Below are positions 1 through 9,189 of a stretch of DNA of 50,843 bases, in pieces (the stretch's first letter is position 1; the number at the start of each line of letters is the position of its first letter). Origin of the DNA: Candidatus Hydrothermales bacterium (GTDB taxonomy: Bacteria; Hydrothermota; Hydrothermia; Hydrothermales; JAJRUZ01); contig JBCNUW010000014.1 of NCBI GenBank assembly GCA_039630575.1, forward strand, positions 1 through 50,843, written 5' to 3'. The position numbers were made by a program, and so were the translations under genes. Under the pieces are notes generated by a model that did not search any database, was not told where the DNA came from, and was given only the letters and a program-made list of their open reading frames with translations.

Positions 1-827
1 ATATTTGGCAAACGAACCCGCAAAGCTGGGGAGACTACGATGCTCTTATTTTGTCGTCTGGGCTTGATGTTAACACAGTTGCACAGGATAACAGCTACGG
101 GCCTTCAATGAGGACATACTTAAAAGATTTTGTACAAGGTGGTGGAAAGCTTTTTGTTGAAGGTGGGGAAATTGGTTTTGATGCTTACTTTTGGAATCCT
201 GATTTTGGAACATCAGTTTTACATATAAATGACTGGGATTCAGATAATCCTGGAACTCTCAATCTCTATCTACCAAACCACCCGATCGCTAAAAGCCCTA
301 ATACCTTACCAAGTCAGATAAGTCTCAACTTTACAGGTCAATGGGGTGTTGCTGATGCTCTTAAAGCGGTTCAAGATGCCTACTTTGTTTATAATTGGTC
401 ATATTATCCTCAGGATGGTGCTCTTATTGTCCATGATATAAATCAAGTTGTACCTAATGTTGTTTACTTGCCAATAAATATACTTTCTGTATCAAATAGG
501 ACTGTAGCTAAGGCTCTTATTGAAAATTCTGTTGAATATCTTTTAGGTTATACAGGAGTATATGAGAGAGATGTAGAGTCTTCTTTTTCATTTTTAACAG
601 AAACTTTTGGCAGAAACATTAAAGTAAGTTTCATACTGAATGAAGCTCAGGAAGTAAATTTAAAAGTTTATGACATTTCTGGAAGAAAAAGTTGCGATTA
701 TAAAGAATTTTTAAAACCCGGCAACCATTCACTTACATTAAGTAATTTTAAACCTGGTGTATACTTTTTGTTTTTTAAAGTAAAAAGTGATTTAAGGGAG
801 GTAAGGAAGATAGTTTTTGTAGATTGA
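1..827 (+). CDS. Secreted protein, C-terminal part (5'-truncated by window), with T9SS type A-like C-terminal sorting domain
   Basis: Frame is open from base 3 (IWQTNPQSWGDYDALILSSG...), so the TTG at 51 is probably not the start. C-terminus VNLKVYDISGRK...KPGVYFLFFKV...VRKIVFVD fits the T9SS/Por CTD pattern. Confidence 0.8.
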   Translation, partial: IWQTNPQSWGDYDALILSSGLDVNTVAQDNSYGPSMRTYLKDFVQGGGKLFVEGGEIGFDAYFWNPDFGTSVLHINDWDSDNPGTLNLYLPNHPIAKSPNTLPSQISLNFTGQWGVADALKAVQDAYFVYNWSYYPQDGALIVHDINQVVPNVVYLPINILSVSNRTVAKALIENSVEYLLGYTGVYERDVESSFSFLTETFGRNIKVSFILNEAQEVNLKVYDISGRKSCDYKEFLKPGNHSLTLSNFKPGVYFLFFKVKSDLREVRKIVFVD

Positions 828-850
828 TTTACTAAATTTTAAATTTTAAA

Positions 851-2812
851 ATGATAATAGAATATCCTTCATCTATACATTTTAGTGAAAAGTTAAATTT
901 TTTCTGTAAGGAGAATGAAAGAGTATATGTTATAAAAAGTAAGGATTTACTTAAAGCCGAGCTTTTTGCATTTAATTTAATAAAAAGTTTTGGTAAACCA
1001 TATTTTAGTATTAATTTTGAATTCGATGATAAAAGTTTACTTTTCATTAAAATTTTTAAAATCATAAGTGAACATTTAAAGGAGGAAGGGATCTCCCATT
1101 ATAGCTTTGATGAATTAAAAAACTTTTTTAAAGACCATATCATATTTTTACCGTATATACCTCAAAACCTTATAAGTTTTTTGAAGAATCTTTCAGAGTT
1201 TTTTATACATTTAAAATTCATAGCTCTTTCAGATAAAGATATAGATAAGGATTTATTTGAAATAGATGTTGATGAGCTTCAACTTGGATATGTTGATACT
1301 TTATTGGATAATGTTTATGAGAAATTTGAAAAAACTTTAAATGTTAAAGATGAAATTAAAGATATTCTTATTATTTCTTTAAATTTTCCCTTGTTTAACC
1401 CAAAGATTTTATCAGATTTAACCGGTTTGAGCGAAAGTTTTTTAATTGAGAAGTTAAGCTTTATTAATAAAAACTTTTTTCCCTTTTTTAAAGTCAAAAA
1501 ACATTTTAAAGATAAAAATTTTTATTTAACCATCAGTAAATTTTTAAGAGAAAAGTTTTATAGTTTATGTAAAGGAGATGCATCAATTTGTAAAAAGTTT
1601 GGAGAATTTTATGAAAGAGAAGGGTTAACAGAATATGCAATGAAAGTCTATTTAGACTATAACGACCTTGAAAGTTTTAACGATTTACTTAAAAAAAATC
1701 TTTTAAGGTTTTTCTCTGATGATGAATTTTCAGGATATGTTAGATATTTTATTAAGGACATAGAGGATAGGAAAGCTGAAAATTTAGAAGCTATTTTGAT
1801 CTTAAAGGGAGATTACTATATTAGAAACTATGATCTTAAAAAGGCAGAAGAGTTAATAAAAAAAGCTTCAGAGGTTTTAGAAGAGAAATTGATACCCTTT
1901 TTAAAAATCATAGAACTTAACCTTTTTTGGGAAAGAGGTGAGGATGAAAAAGTTATAAAATACTACGAGGAGATCAACAAAGAAAAGTTGCCGGAACCTT
2001 TAAGAGCATATTTACTTTATCGTGCTGGAAGCAGTTTTGTGATGCTCGAAAAAATGGAAAAGGCAGAGCAATGTCTATTTGAATCTCTTTCCCTTGCAAT
2101 GGATTTAGGTAATCTCGAGCTTGCCCTTGATGTATCAAATAACTTAGGCTACCTTATAAGGTCTTTTCATAGTAATCTTGAAATAGCTATAGAGCTTTTT
2201 AAGAAAAGGGCATATACACCTACTCCAAATTTGAGAAATGTTTTAGCTCTTTTTAATCTCGGTTATGTTTACGCTTTCTTAGGAAAGTTTGAAGAGGCTA
2301 ATAAATATCTCGATGAATTGGAAAACTTACTAAAACTTTTAGGTGCTTCCGATAAGACTTCTTATTTTTATCTAAAGGGTATAATTCATTTATTTAAAGG
2401 GGAATTTAAGGAGGCAACTTATTCCATGGAAGAAATCCTAAATTTTACAAAGAGACCTATAACAATTTTTAATATTTCAATTTATCTTTCAAAACTCTGT
2501 TTTTTAATGGGTGAAGTGGAAAAGGGATTTAATTACATAAAAAAAGCAATTGATTCTTATAAACCTACCTCCACATTGGAAAAAAATTCAGTTAATATTG
2601 CAAAAGCCATGGGTCTTTATATCAGCAAAAGAAAAGAGGAATTGATCCAACTCCTAAAAGAATTAAAAAATAAAGAGAGATTTTTGACAAATGAAGAAAA
2701 AATTATCTTTTACTATCTTCAAAAGAAAACTTTTAATGAAGAAAACTTTAAGGAATTGTTTGAAAATTTTTTAAATAAGACAAAAGCAGTAAATTTCATT
2801 GAGAACTTTTAA
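851..2812 (+). CDS. MalT-like TPR protein with degenerate STAND region
   Basis: Segments resemble the MalT family (FEIDVDELQL; FNPKILSDLTGLSES; FGEFYEREGLTEYAMKVYL), followed by multiple TPR-like repeats. No Walker A motif and no C-terminal HTH visible. Confidence 0.6.
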   Translation: MIIEYPSSIHFSEKLNFFCKENERVYVIKSKDLLKAELFAFNLIKSFGKPYFSINFEFDDKSLLFIKIFKIISEHLKEEGISHYSFDELKNFFKDHIIFLPYIPQNLISFLKNLSEFFIHLKFIALSDKDIDKDLFEIDVDELQLGYVDTLLDNVYEKFEKTLNVKDEIKDILIISLNFPLFNPKILSDLTGLSESFLIEKLSFINKNFFPFFKVKKHFKDKNFYLTISKFLREKFYSLCKGDASICKKFGEFYEREGLTEYAMKVYLDYNDLESFNDLLKKNLLRFFSDDEFSGYVRYFIKDIEDRKAENLEAILILKGDYYIRNYDLKKAEELIKKASEVLEEKLIPFLKIIELNLFWERGEDEKVIKYYEEINKEKLPEPLRAYLLYRAGSSFVMLEKMEKAEQCLFESLSLAMDLGNLELALDVSNNLGYLIRSFHSNLEIAIELFKKRAYTPTPNLRNVLALFNLGYVYAFLGKFEEANKYLDELENLLKLLGASDKTSYFYLKGIIHLFKGEFKEATYSMEEILNFTKRPITIFNISIYLSKLCFLMGEVEKGFNYIKKAIDSYKPTSTLEKNSVNIAKAMGLYISKRKEELIQLLKELKNKERFLTNEEKIIFYYLQKKTFNEENFKELFENFLNKTKAVNFIENF

Positions 2813-3572
2813 AGATAAGGTTTCCAAAAATTAAGTATCCTGTATGGATAATACCAAACTCTTTTGGTCTTGTCCCTATATCCCTTACCATTATTTCTCT
2901 AAGTAATATTTCATAAACTCTTATCCTTACAAAACCGTTAATTTCCATTTCTTTTTTTGTCTTTTGAATTTGTTCTATGTTAGGTGATAGAGATCCTAAG
3001 GGATGCCCTTTTTTTAAAATTTTCGGAACAAACTTTATTATTTTCCATGGTTCAGGGATATCTATAAATACAGCATCTACTTTTATTTCAGGAAAACCCT
3101 CTGCTTCAACATCTCTTAAAAAAAACTCAATGTTATTAAATAGTTTATAATTTGATAAGTTTTTTTTCGCGAGTTCATAAAATTCTTTTCTCCTTTCAAA
3201 AGTATAAATTTTCCCCTTTTTCCCCACAACACTTGAGATAAGACTTAAAAAAGCACCACTCCCTGTTCCAACCTCACATACTTTTTGGTTAGGTTTTATA
3301 CCAAGTTCAAGAAGAATTAAACCCGCATCTTTAGGATAAATTATTGTTGTTTTTCTTTCAATACTCATCATCAGGTCACTTAAAGAAGGTTTTAAAACAA
3401 AAAATTTTTTATTTTTTGAACTTAATAAAATTTCTCCGTAATTCAGTTTATTTTTCAAAGTAACCTTACCGAGATGTGTATGAATTTCCTTACCTGGTTC
3501 GTATTTGAAAATTTTTAAAAATTTACCATCTTCACTTAAGAGAGTGAAATGTTCATATTTTTTTATTTTCAT
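2796..3572 (-). CDS. trmI: tRNA (adenine-58-N1)-methyltransferase
   Basis: Motifs IIYPKD, EVGTGSGA, DAVFIDIPEPW and HTGYL are typical of TrmI/GCD14. Confidence 0.95.
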   Translation of the reverse strand: MKIKKYEHFTLLSEDGKFLKIFKYEPGKEIHTHLGKVTLKNKLNYGEILLSSKNKKFFVLKPSLSDLMMSIERKTTIIYPKDAGLILLELGIKPNQKVCEVGTGSGAFLSLISSVVGKKGKIYTFERRKEFYELAKKNLSNYKLFNNIEFFLRDVEAEGFPEIKVDAVFIDIPEPWKIIKFVPKILKKGHPLGSLSPNIEQIQKTKKEMEINGFVRIRVYEILLREIMVRDIGTRPKEFGIIHTGYLIFGNLIFKSSQ

Positions 3573-3666
3573 TAAGATAGAATAATATAAAATTTTTTCG
3601 ACAAAAAAGCAAGAATTTTTATAAAAGGTATTGAAATGTAAAGGAGTTATTCTTTATAAAATTATT

Positions 3667-6090
3667 ATGAATTATACATATTTGATAACGATTTTACTTT
3701 TTCTTTTAAGATTTAATCCTGAAATAAAAAAGAATGAACTGCTAAAAATCTCTGAAAGAGAAAATATTAGAAGATGGGCTGAATTTGTCATTAATAACTC
3801 AAGCTCTTTGGATATCTTAAATTTTAACTATGAGAATTTTATCTTACATTTAAAAGCAATAAAAGAAAATCTCGAGAGAGTTCCCTGGAAAGATAAAATA
3901 GACGAATATCTTCTAAATCACTACATTTTACCACCAAGAGTAACACAGGAGCCACTTGAAAACTTTACATGGATCTATAAAGACACACTTTATAACCTCA
4001 TAAAGGATGTGAAGAATATAAAGGAAGCTGTTTTGAGAATTAATGAGTGGTGTTATACAAAAATTGAATATAAACCCACAGAAAGATGGGATCAGAACGC
4101 AACATCAACGATTAAAAGAGGATTTGGAAGATGTGAGGAAATGACAATCTTATTTATTAAAGCACTTAGAACTGTATGTATTCCAGTTAGAGAGGTTTAC
4201 ACACCCTGGTGGCCCTTTACAGAAAGTAATCATGCCTGGTGTGAGGTGTGGACAGGTGATAGGTGGGAATTTGTAGGCTCAGCGGAACCTACTGATCTTA
4301 ACTTTGCTTGGTTTAGAAATCCTTCAAAAAGGGCTGCAATTGTTTTATCCCCTGTTTTTGGAAAATTAAAAAATAAAGAAAAAATTTTTAAAGAGGGAAA
4401 GAAATTTACAGTTCTAAATGTTACAGAAAATTATACTTATCCTTATAAAGTAATAGTTATAGCTCCAAAGAAAACAGTTATATCTTTCTGTGTTTATAAC
4501 TATTCTGCCTTTGTACCTATATTTGTTGATACTTTAAAAGAAAATAAAAAGGAATATACTCTTGGAAGAAATGATTACTTTATATACTCTTTTAGAAATT
4601 CTCACTTTGATTTTAAAATTTTAAAACCTAAAAGTAATTTTGATACTGTCTTTATTGATTTAAGTAAAAAGGAATTAAAGGATACTTCTTTTTGGTTCTA
4701 TGTAAATGAAGAAATAGAAGATACAGAAAAGCCCCTATATAAACCTAATTTTGATTCTTTAAATGTAATAAGGAATAAAAATTTTGAAGCTATTTCTTAT
4801 TTAGATACTATAAAAATAAAAGATAAAAAGCTTAGAAAGATTCTGGAAAATGCAAGAGGAAATAAAGAGAAATTGTTAAGCTTTTATAACACTTTAACTA
4901 AAGAGGAAAAAGAAGATTTTATCAGATTCTTTGAAGATTTAAATCCAAAAGACCTTGTTATGCTTGATACATTAAACTTAAGAGAAGAACTTAAATACAT
5001 TAAAAACTCATTAAATTTATTCAAAAACATTCCAGATACTATTGTTAAAAAATATTTAATTCCTGAGAGAATACTTTATGAGGAATTTTCCTTTTATAGA
5101 TATTTTTTGTTTAAATATTTTAAAAAGTACTTGAAAGAAGATATTGATAGAGTTGTTAAAGAAGTTTGTGATTGGGTGAAGGGAAATATAAAGGAAGAAA
5201 AGGAAAGGGAGTTTTTTAGACCTCTTTCAAATCCCCTATATACTTATAAATTAAAAAGAGGTAAAAGTATTGAAAGATATATATTAATCTGTGGAATATT
5301 AAGATCACTTGGGATACCATCAAAAATAAAATGGAATTATAAAGGGGTTTTGTACTGGAATAATGGCTGGAAAGAAATAAGTTTTGAAAAAGAAGAGATA
5401 AAAGAGAAAGCAGTTTTGGTTATTAAATTTATTAGGGAGGGAAAAAATGTTTCAAAAGACTTTGAATACTTTGAAAATTTTAGTATCTTATCTTTTAAAA
5501 ATTATCCAGAAAGATTAGAGCCTGAAATAGTTAAGGCAGATAGTGTTCAGATAGTTGAACTTGAGAAAGACGTTTATTATTTAATTTCGGGTTTTAGGAA
5601 TGCAAGAGGTGATGCCTTTGTAAGAATAAAAAAAGTTGATTTGAGAAAAAGGGATACTTTAAGTATTTCCTTTGATGCAAGTATTCCTTATAAAGATTTG
5701 AAGCCAGGTGAAATGGTTATTAGAAAATATAGAGGGTTTGAAGGTATTGAAAATATAGGATTAAAAAAAGAAGAACTTGAAAGTGGAAAAAACCTTTTGT
5801 TATTTGTTGATTTAAAGTCAGAGGAATCAAGAAGCACAGTGATAAATGCGAAGAAGACAATTAATGAATTTGAAGGGAGAGTTTTATTCCTTGGTGAGGA
5901 TAAGTTAGAAATTGAAAGGTTTTTAAAGGAGAACAATTTAAAGGGGGATGTTTTTAAAGTAAGTAAAGAATTGATTGAAAGATGGGGAATTAAAAATTTT
6001 CCTTCAATTTTATATTTAAAAGAAAATAAACCTGTATTTTGGGTAGAGGGTTTAACTCTACATTTAGGGGAACTTTTAAAGATAGATTAA
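3667..6090 (+). CDS. Exported transglutaminase-like protein (one intact and one degenerate TGase domain, C-terminal thioredoxin-like fold)
   Basis: First domain has GRCEE...ALRTVCIPVR...NHAWCEVW; second copy reads GKSIERYIL..ILRSLGIPSKI. ATG 3667 preferred over TTG 3631 because it directly precedes the hydrophobic segment. Confidence 0.85.
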   Translation: MNYTYLITILLFLLRFNPEIKKNELLKISERENIRRWAEFVINNSSSLDILNFNYENFILHLKAIKENLERVPWKDKIDEYLLNHYILPPRVTQEPLENFTWIYKDTLYNLIKDVKNIKEAVLRINEWCYTKIEYKPTERWDQNATSTIKRGFGRCEEMTILFIKALRTVCIPVREVYTPWWPFTESNHAWCEVWTGDRWEFVGSAEPTDLNFAWFRNPSKRAAIVLSPVFGKLKNKEKIFKEGKKFTVLNVTENYTYPYKVIVIAPKKTVISFCVYNYSAFVPIFVDTLKENKKEYTLGRNDYFIYSFRNSHFDFKILKPKSNFDTVFIDLSKKELKDTSFWFYVNEEIEDTEKPLYKPNFDSLNVIRNKNFEAISYLDTIKIKDKKLRKILENARGNKEKLLSFYNTLTKEEKEDFIRFFEDLNPKDLVMLDTLNLREELKYIKNSLNLFKNIPDTIVKKYLIPERILYEEFSFYRYFLFKYFKKYLKEDIDRVVKEVCDWVKGNIKEEKEREFFRPLSNPLYTYKLKRGKSIERYILICGILRSLGIPSKIKWNYKGVLYWNNGWKEISFEKEEIKEKAVLVIKFIREGKNVSKDFEYFENFSILSFKNYPERLEPEIVKADSVQIVELEKDVYYLISGFRNARGDAFVRIKKVDLRKRDTLSISFDASIPYKDLKPGEMVIRKYRGFEGIENIGLKKEELESGKNLLLFVDLKSEESRSTVINAKKTINEFEGRVLFLGEDKLEIERFLKENNLKGDVFKVSKELIERWGIKNFPSILYLKENKPVFWVEGLTLHLGELLKID

Positions 6091-6107
6091 TAAAATTTTA
6101 GGTAATT

Positions 6108-6863
6108 TTAATTTATTAAATTGTAAAGTTTTAAGTATTCTTCAATAGACAACTGGTCTGGTCTTTTTTCTGCTAATTCAAATTGAATTTTATCGTAAAT
6201 GTTAAAATCTTTAAAGATTTTAGAGATTTTTTTTCTCCTTTCTCGGAAAGCTCTTCTTACAAGATTAAAAAATTTTTCTTCATTAACTAAAGGGACACTA
6301 CTTTTAGGAACCATTTTGAAGAATAAAGAGTTAACTTTAGGTTTAGGTTTGAAAAAGAATGATGCAAGAGGCATTAGAATTTCGATGTTCATGTAGAAGT
6401 TTACAAATACTGTGAGAGATGAGTACTCTTTAGTCCCGGGTTTTGAGTTTATTCTTTCAACAACTTCCTTCTGCAGTGTTAAAAAAATCTCTGAGAAACA
6501 TTCTCTTTCTTTTATTATCTTTTCTAAGAAATATGTTGTTATATGATAGGGAACATTTGAGATGAGTTTAACTTTTTCTAAATTAAATTTTTTTAGAATT
6601 TCACTAGTTGTTATTTTTAAGAAATCACCCTCTATCAGGTAAAAATCAAGATCTGAAATTTTTTCTCTTAAATACTTAGAAAGTGCTTGATCAATTTCTA
6701 TTGAAATGACTTTTGCTTTTTTTTCAAGTAAAATTTTTGTTAGAATACCTTTACCTGGCCCTACTTCAATTATATATTCACCATTTGAAATATTCATCTT
6801 TTCGATCATTTTCCTTGCTACGCTTTCTCTAACTAAAAATATCTGAGAGAATTTTCTTTTCAT
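6108..6863 (-). CDS. rsmA: 16S rRNA m6(2)A1518/1519 dimethyltransferase
   Basis: Motifs SQIFL, EVGPGKG, SNVPYHIT, QKEV, FKPKPKVNS. Confidence 0.95.
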   Translation of the reverse strand: MKRKFSQIFLVRESVARKMIEKMNISNGEYIIEVGPGKGILTKILLEKKAKVISIEIDQALSKYLREKISDLDFYLIEGDFLKITTSEILKKFNLEKVKLISNVPYHITTYFLEKIIKERECFSEIFLTLQKEVVERINSKPGTKEYSSLTVFVNFYMNIEILMPLASFFFKPKPKVNSLFFKMVPKSSVPLVNEEKFFNLVRRAFRERRKKISKIFKDFNIYDKIQFELAEKRPDQLSIEEYLKLYNLIN

Positions 6864-6900
6864 AAAGAATTATAAACTTTGTATTTTTAGAAATTAAAAC

Positions 6901-6929
6901 TTGATTTTTTCTTAAATTGATTGTATAAT
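6901..6929 (+). promoter_or_regulatory. Sigma70-type promoter for sod
   Basis: TTGATT (6901-6906), 17 bp, TATAAT (6924-6929); strong SD AAGGAGGT before ATG 6968. Confidence 0.75.
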
Positions 6930-6955
6930 AATTTTAAATTTAGAATAATTTTAAA
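6923..6955. promoter_or_regulatory. Tandem PerR/Fur-family-like operator boxes
   Basis: GTATAATAATTTTAA (6923-6937) and TTAGAATAATTTTAA (6940-6954), each 2 mismatches from the PerR consensus TTATAATnATTATAA. The first overlaps the sod -10. Confidence 0.55.
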
Positions 6956-6967
6956 AGGAGGTTAAAT

Positions 6968-7591
6968 ATGGCTTATAAATTACCGGTTTTACCTTATGGC
7001 TATGATGCTTTGGAGCCATATATAGATGCTTTGACAATGGAGATACATTACACAAAGCATCATGCTGGTTATGTGAATAATCTCAACTCTGCTATCTCAA
7101 AGTATTCAGAACTTGAGAAATATGATCTGACAGATATATTAAGAAATATTGAATCTTTACCAGAAGATATAAGGGTTGCTATAAGAAACAACGGTGGTGG
7201 TCACTTAAATCACACACTTTTCTGGGAAGTGATGAAAAAAAATGGCGGTGGAGAACCAAAAGGAGAATTAATTAAAATTTTAGAAAAAGAATTTGGTTCA
7301 TTTCATTCTTTTAAAGAAAGATTTTCAAATGTAGCTAAAACTCACTTTGGGTCAGGATGGGCTTGGCTTGCAGTTTCAAGGTTTGGAAAACTTTCTGTAT
7401 TTTCCTTGCCTAACCAGGATAACCCAATAATGATTGGTTTTTTTCCAATTCTTGGTTTAGATTTATGGGAACATGCTTACTATTTAAAGTATCAAAATAA
7501 AAGAGCCGAGTATGTAGACAACTGGTTTAATGTTATTAATTGGGATAGGGTTTACGAAAACTATAAAAATGCTGTTTTAATGTTAAAGTAA
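6968..7591 (+). CDS. sodA: Mn/Fe superoxide dismutase
   Basis: HYTKHH, NNGGGHLNH (GGG suggests Mn or cambialistic type), NQD, DLWEHAYY. Confidence 0.95.
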   Translation: MAYKLPVLPYGYDALEPYIDALTMEIHYTKHHAGYVNNLNSAISKYSELEKYDLTDILRNIESLPEDIRVAIRNNGGGHLNHTLFWEVMKKNGGGEPKGELIKILEKEFGSFHSFKERFSNVAKTHFGSGWAWLAVSRFGKLSVFSLPNQDNPIMIGFFPILGLDLWEHAYYLKYQNKRAEYVDNWFNVINWDRVYENYKNAVLMLK

Positions 7592-7609
7592 ACTATCTTT
7601 AATTTCTAT

Positions 7610-7638
7610 TTGACTTTATTATAACAATAAATTAAAAT
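7610..7638 (+). promoter_or_regulatory. Sigma70-type promoter for panB
   Basis: TTGACT (7610-7615), 17 bp, TAAAAT (7633-7638). Confidence 0.65.
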
Positions 7639-7662
7639 TTTAAAAATTTAATTTAAAAAGTT

Positions 7663-8454
7663 ATGAAAAAGTTAACAACACATGATATAATTTTTAAAAA
7701 GGGTAAGGAAAAAATTGTTGCTCTTACTTGTTATGACTATCAGATGGCAAAAATAGAAGATGAAATTGGAATAGATATTATATTAATAGGTGATAGTGTT
7801 GCAAATGTTTTATTGGGTTATGATAATACTTTAAGAATAGGTATGGAGGAGATGATCGTTTTTGTAAAGGCTGTTGCAAGAGGAGTAAAAAGAGCTCTGC
7901 TTGTAGGTGATATGCCCTTTTTATCTTTTCAAATATCAAAAGAAGAAGCAATGAAAAATGCAGGTTTATTCATAAGAGCAGGCTGTGATGCTGTAAAGAT
8001 TGAGGGAGGAGAGGAATCAGTAGAGGTTATTGAATTTCTCATTAGAAACGGAATACCAGTTATGGGACATATTGGATTAACTCCACAGTGGATCTTAAGA
8101 ATGGGTGGATACAGAGTTCAGGGCAAAACTGAAGAAAGTATTTTAAAGATAAAAAAGGATGCAAAACTTTTAGAAGAAGCTGGTGTCTTTTCAATAGTTC
8201 TTGAAGGTATGAAAGAAGATTTAGCTAAGGAAATAACTGAAAGCCTTAAAATACCTACAATAGGAATAGGAGCAGGAAGATTCTGTGATGGACAAATTCT
8301 TGTTGTTTGGGATATTTTAGGTTATACTGAACAGCCATACCCAAAGTTCGTGAGAAAGTATGATAATTTAAGAGAAAGAATAAGAGGAAGTTTAGAAAAA
8401 TTTAAAGAAGATGTCTTAAAAGGTAATTATCCCTCTGAGGAAGAGATATATTGA
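7663..8454 (+). CDS. panB: 3-methyl-2-oxobutanoate hydroxymethyltransferase
   Basis: Motifs LTCYD, IGDS, DMPF, VKIEGG, GHIGLTPQ, IGIGAG..CDGQILV. Confidence 0.97.
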   Translation: MKKLTTHDIIFKKGKEKIVALTCYDYQMAKIEDEIGIDIILIGDSVANVLLGYDNTLRIGMEEMIVFVKAVARGVKRALLVGDMPFLSFQISKEEAMKNAGLFIRAGCDAVKIEGGEESVEVIEFLIRNGIPVMGHIGLTPQWILRMGGYRVQGKTEESILKIKKDAKLLEEAGVFSIVLEGMKEDLAKEITESLKIPTIGIGAGRFCDGQILVVWDILGYTEQPYPKFVRKYDNLRERIRGSLEKFKEDVLKGNYPSEEEIY

Positions 8455-9128
8455 GATAAAAATTTTTTAAGTTCCTTATAACTTTCAAAAGCATAATTTG
8501 CTCCTGCCTTTAAAAGCTCCTTTTTAGAATGGTTAAATAAGGCCATCCCTATCGATAGAAAACCTGCCCTTTTAGCAGCAAGAATATCTCTTGGTGTATC
8601 CCCTATAACGAAAACCTCTTTGATTTTAAATTTTCCCCTTATTGCAATTTGATTTCCCCTTTCATAAGCTCTCTTTAAAATCTCACTCCTTTCTGGAGAA
8701 TCTGAAGCATATCCACCAAACTCAAAATACCTTAAAAGACCTGAAGGTTTTAATTTTATTTTTGCACCTTCTTCAAGATTTCCTGTTGCAAGTCCAAGTA
8801 TAAACTTTTCAGTTTTTTGCGCCCACTCAAGAAAATCAATTACCCCCTCAAATACTTTATACTTTTCATTATAGATCTCAACCTTAAGATTTTCAAGGTA
8901 AACAGCAAGAACTCTTTTCACTTCATCTAAAGAAGGTTTTCTATTCAGTTTATCAAGAAACACTTCCTCAATAATTAATGGGTCAGTTTTTCCATCAGGT
9001 GAAATATTTTCCATTGCATTTTTTAAACCGTATAACTTAATGAAACTTTTCTCAATTGATCTTATACCTGCACCACCTGAATAGATCAGTGTTCCGTCTA
9101 TATCAAAAAGAAGCATTATTTTTTCCAT
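8427..9128 (-). CDS. HAD-family hydrolase (phosphoglycolate phosphatase-like)
   Basis: Motifs FDIDGTL, LATGN, IGDTPRD. Confidence 0.9.
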   Translation of the reverse strand: MEKIMLLFDIDGTLIYSGGAGIRSIEKSFIKLYGLKNAMENISPDGKTDPLIIEEVFLDKLNRKPSLDEVKRVLAVYLENLKVEIYNEKYKVFEGVIDFLEWAQKTEKFILGLATGNLEEGAKIKLKPSGLLRYFEFGGYASDSPERSEILKRAYERGNQIAIRGKFKIKEVFVIGDTPRDILAAKRAGFLSIGMALFNHSKKELLKAGANYAFESYKELKKFLSQYISSSEG

Positions 9129-9189
9129 TTTTTATTATAAAAGATTTGATAAGTTCTCTCAAAAGAATTTATACTTTATTAGAAGTTCT

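Noticed and set aside
3631..3666. TTG start for the transglutaminase-like protein
   Set aside because: ATG 3667 directly precedes the hydrophobic segment, and the TTG has no SD.
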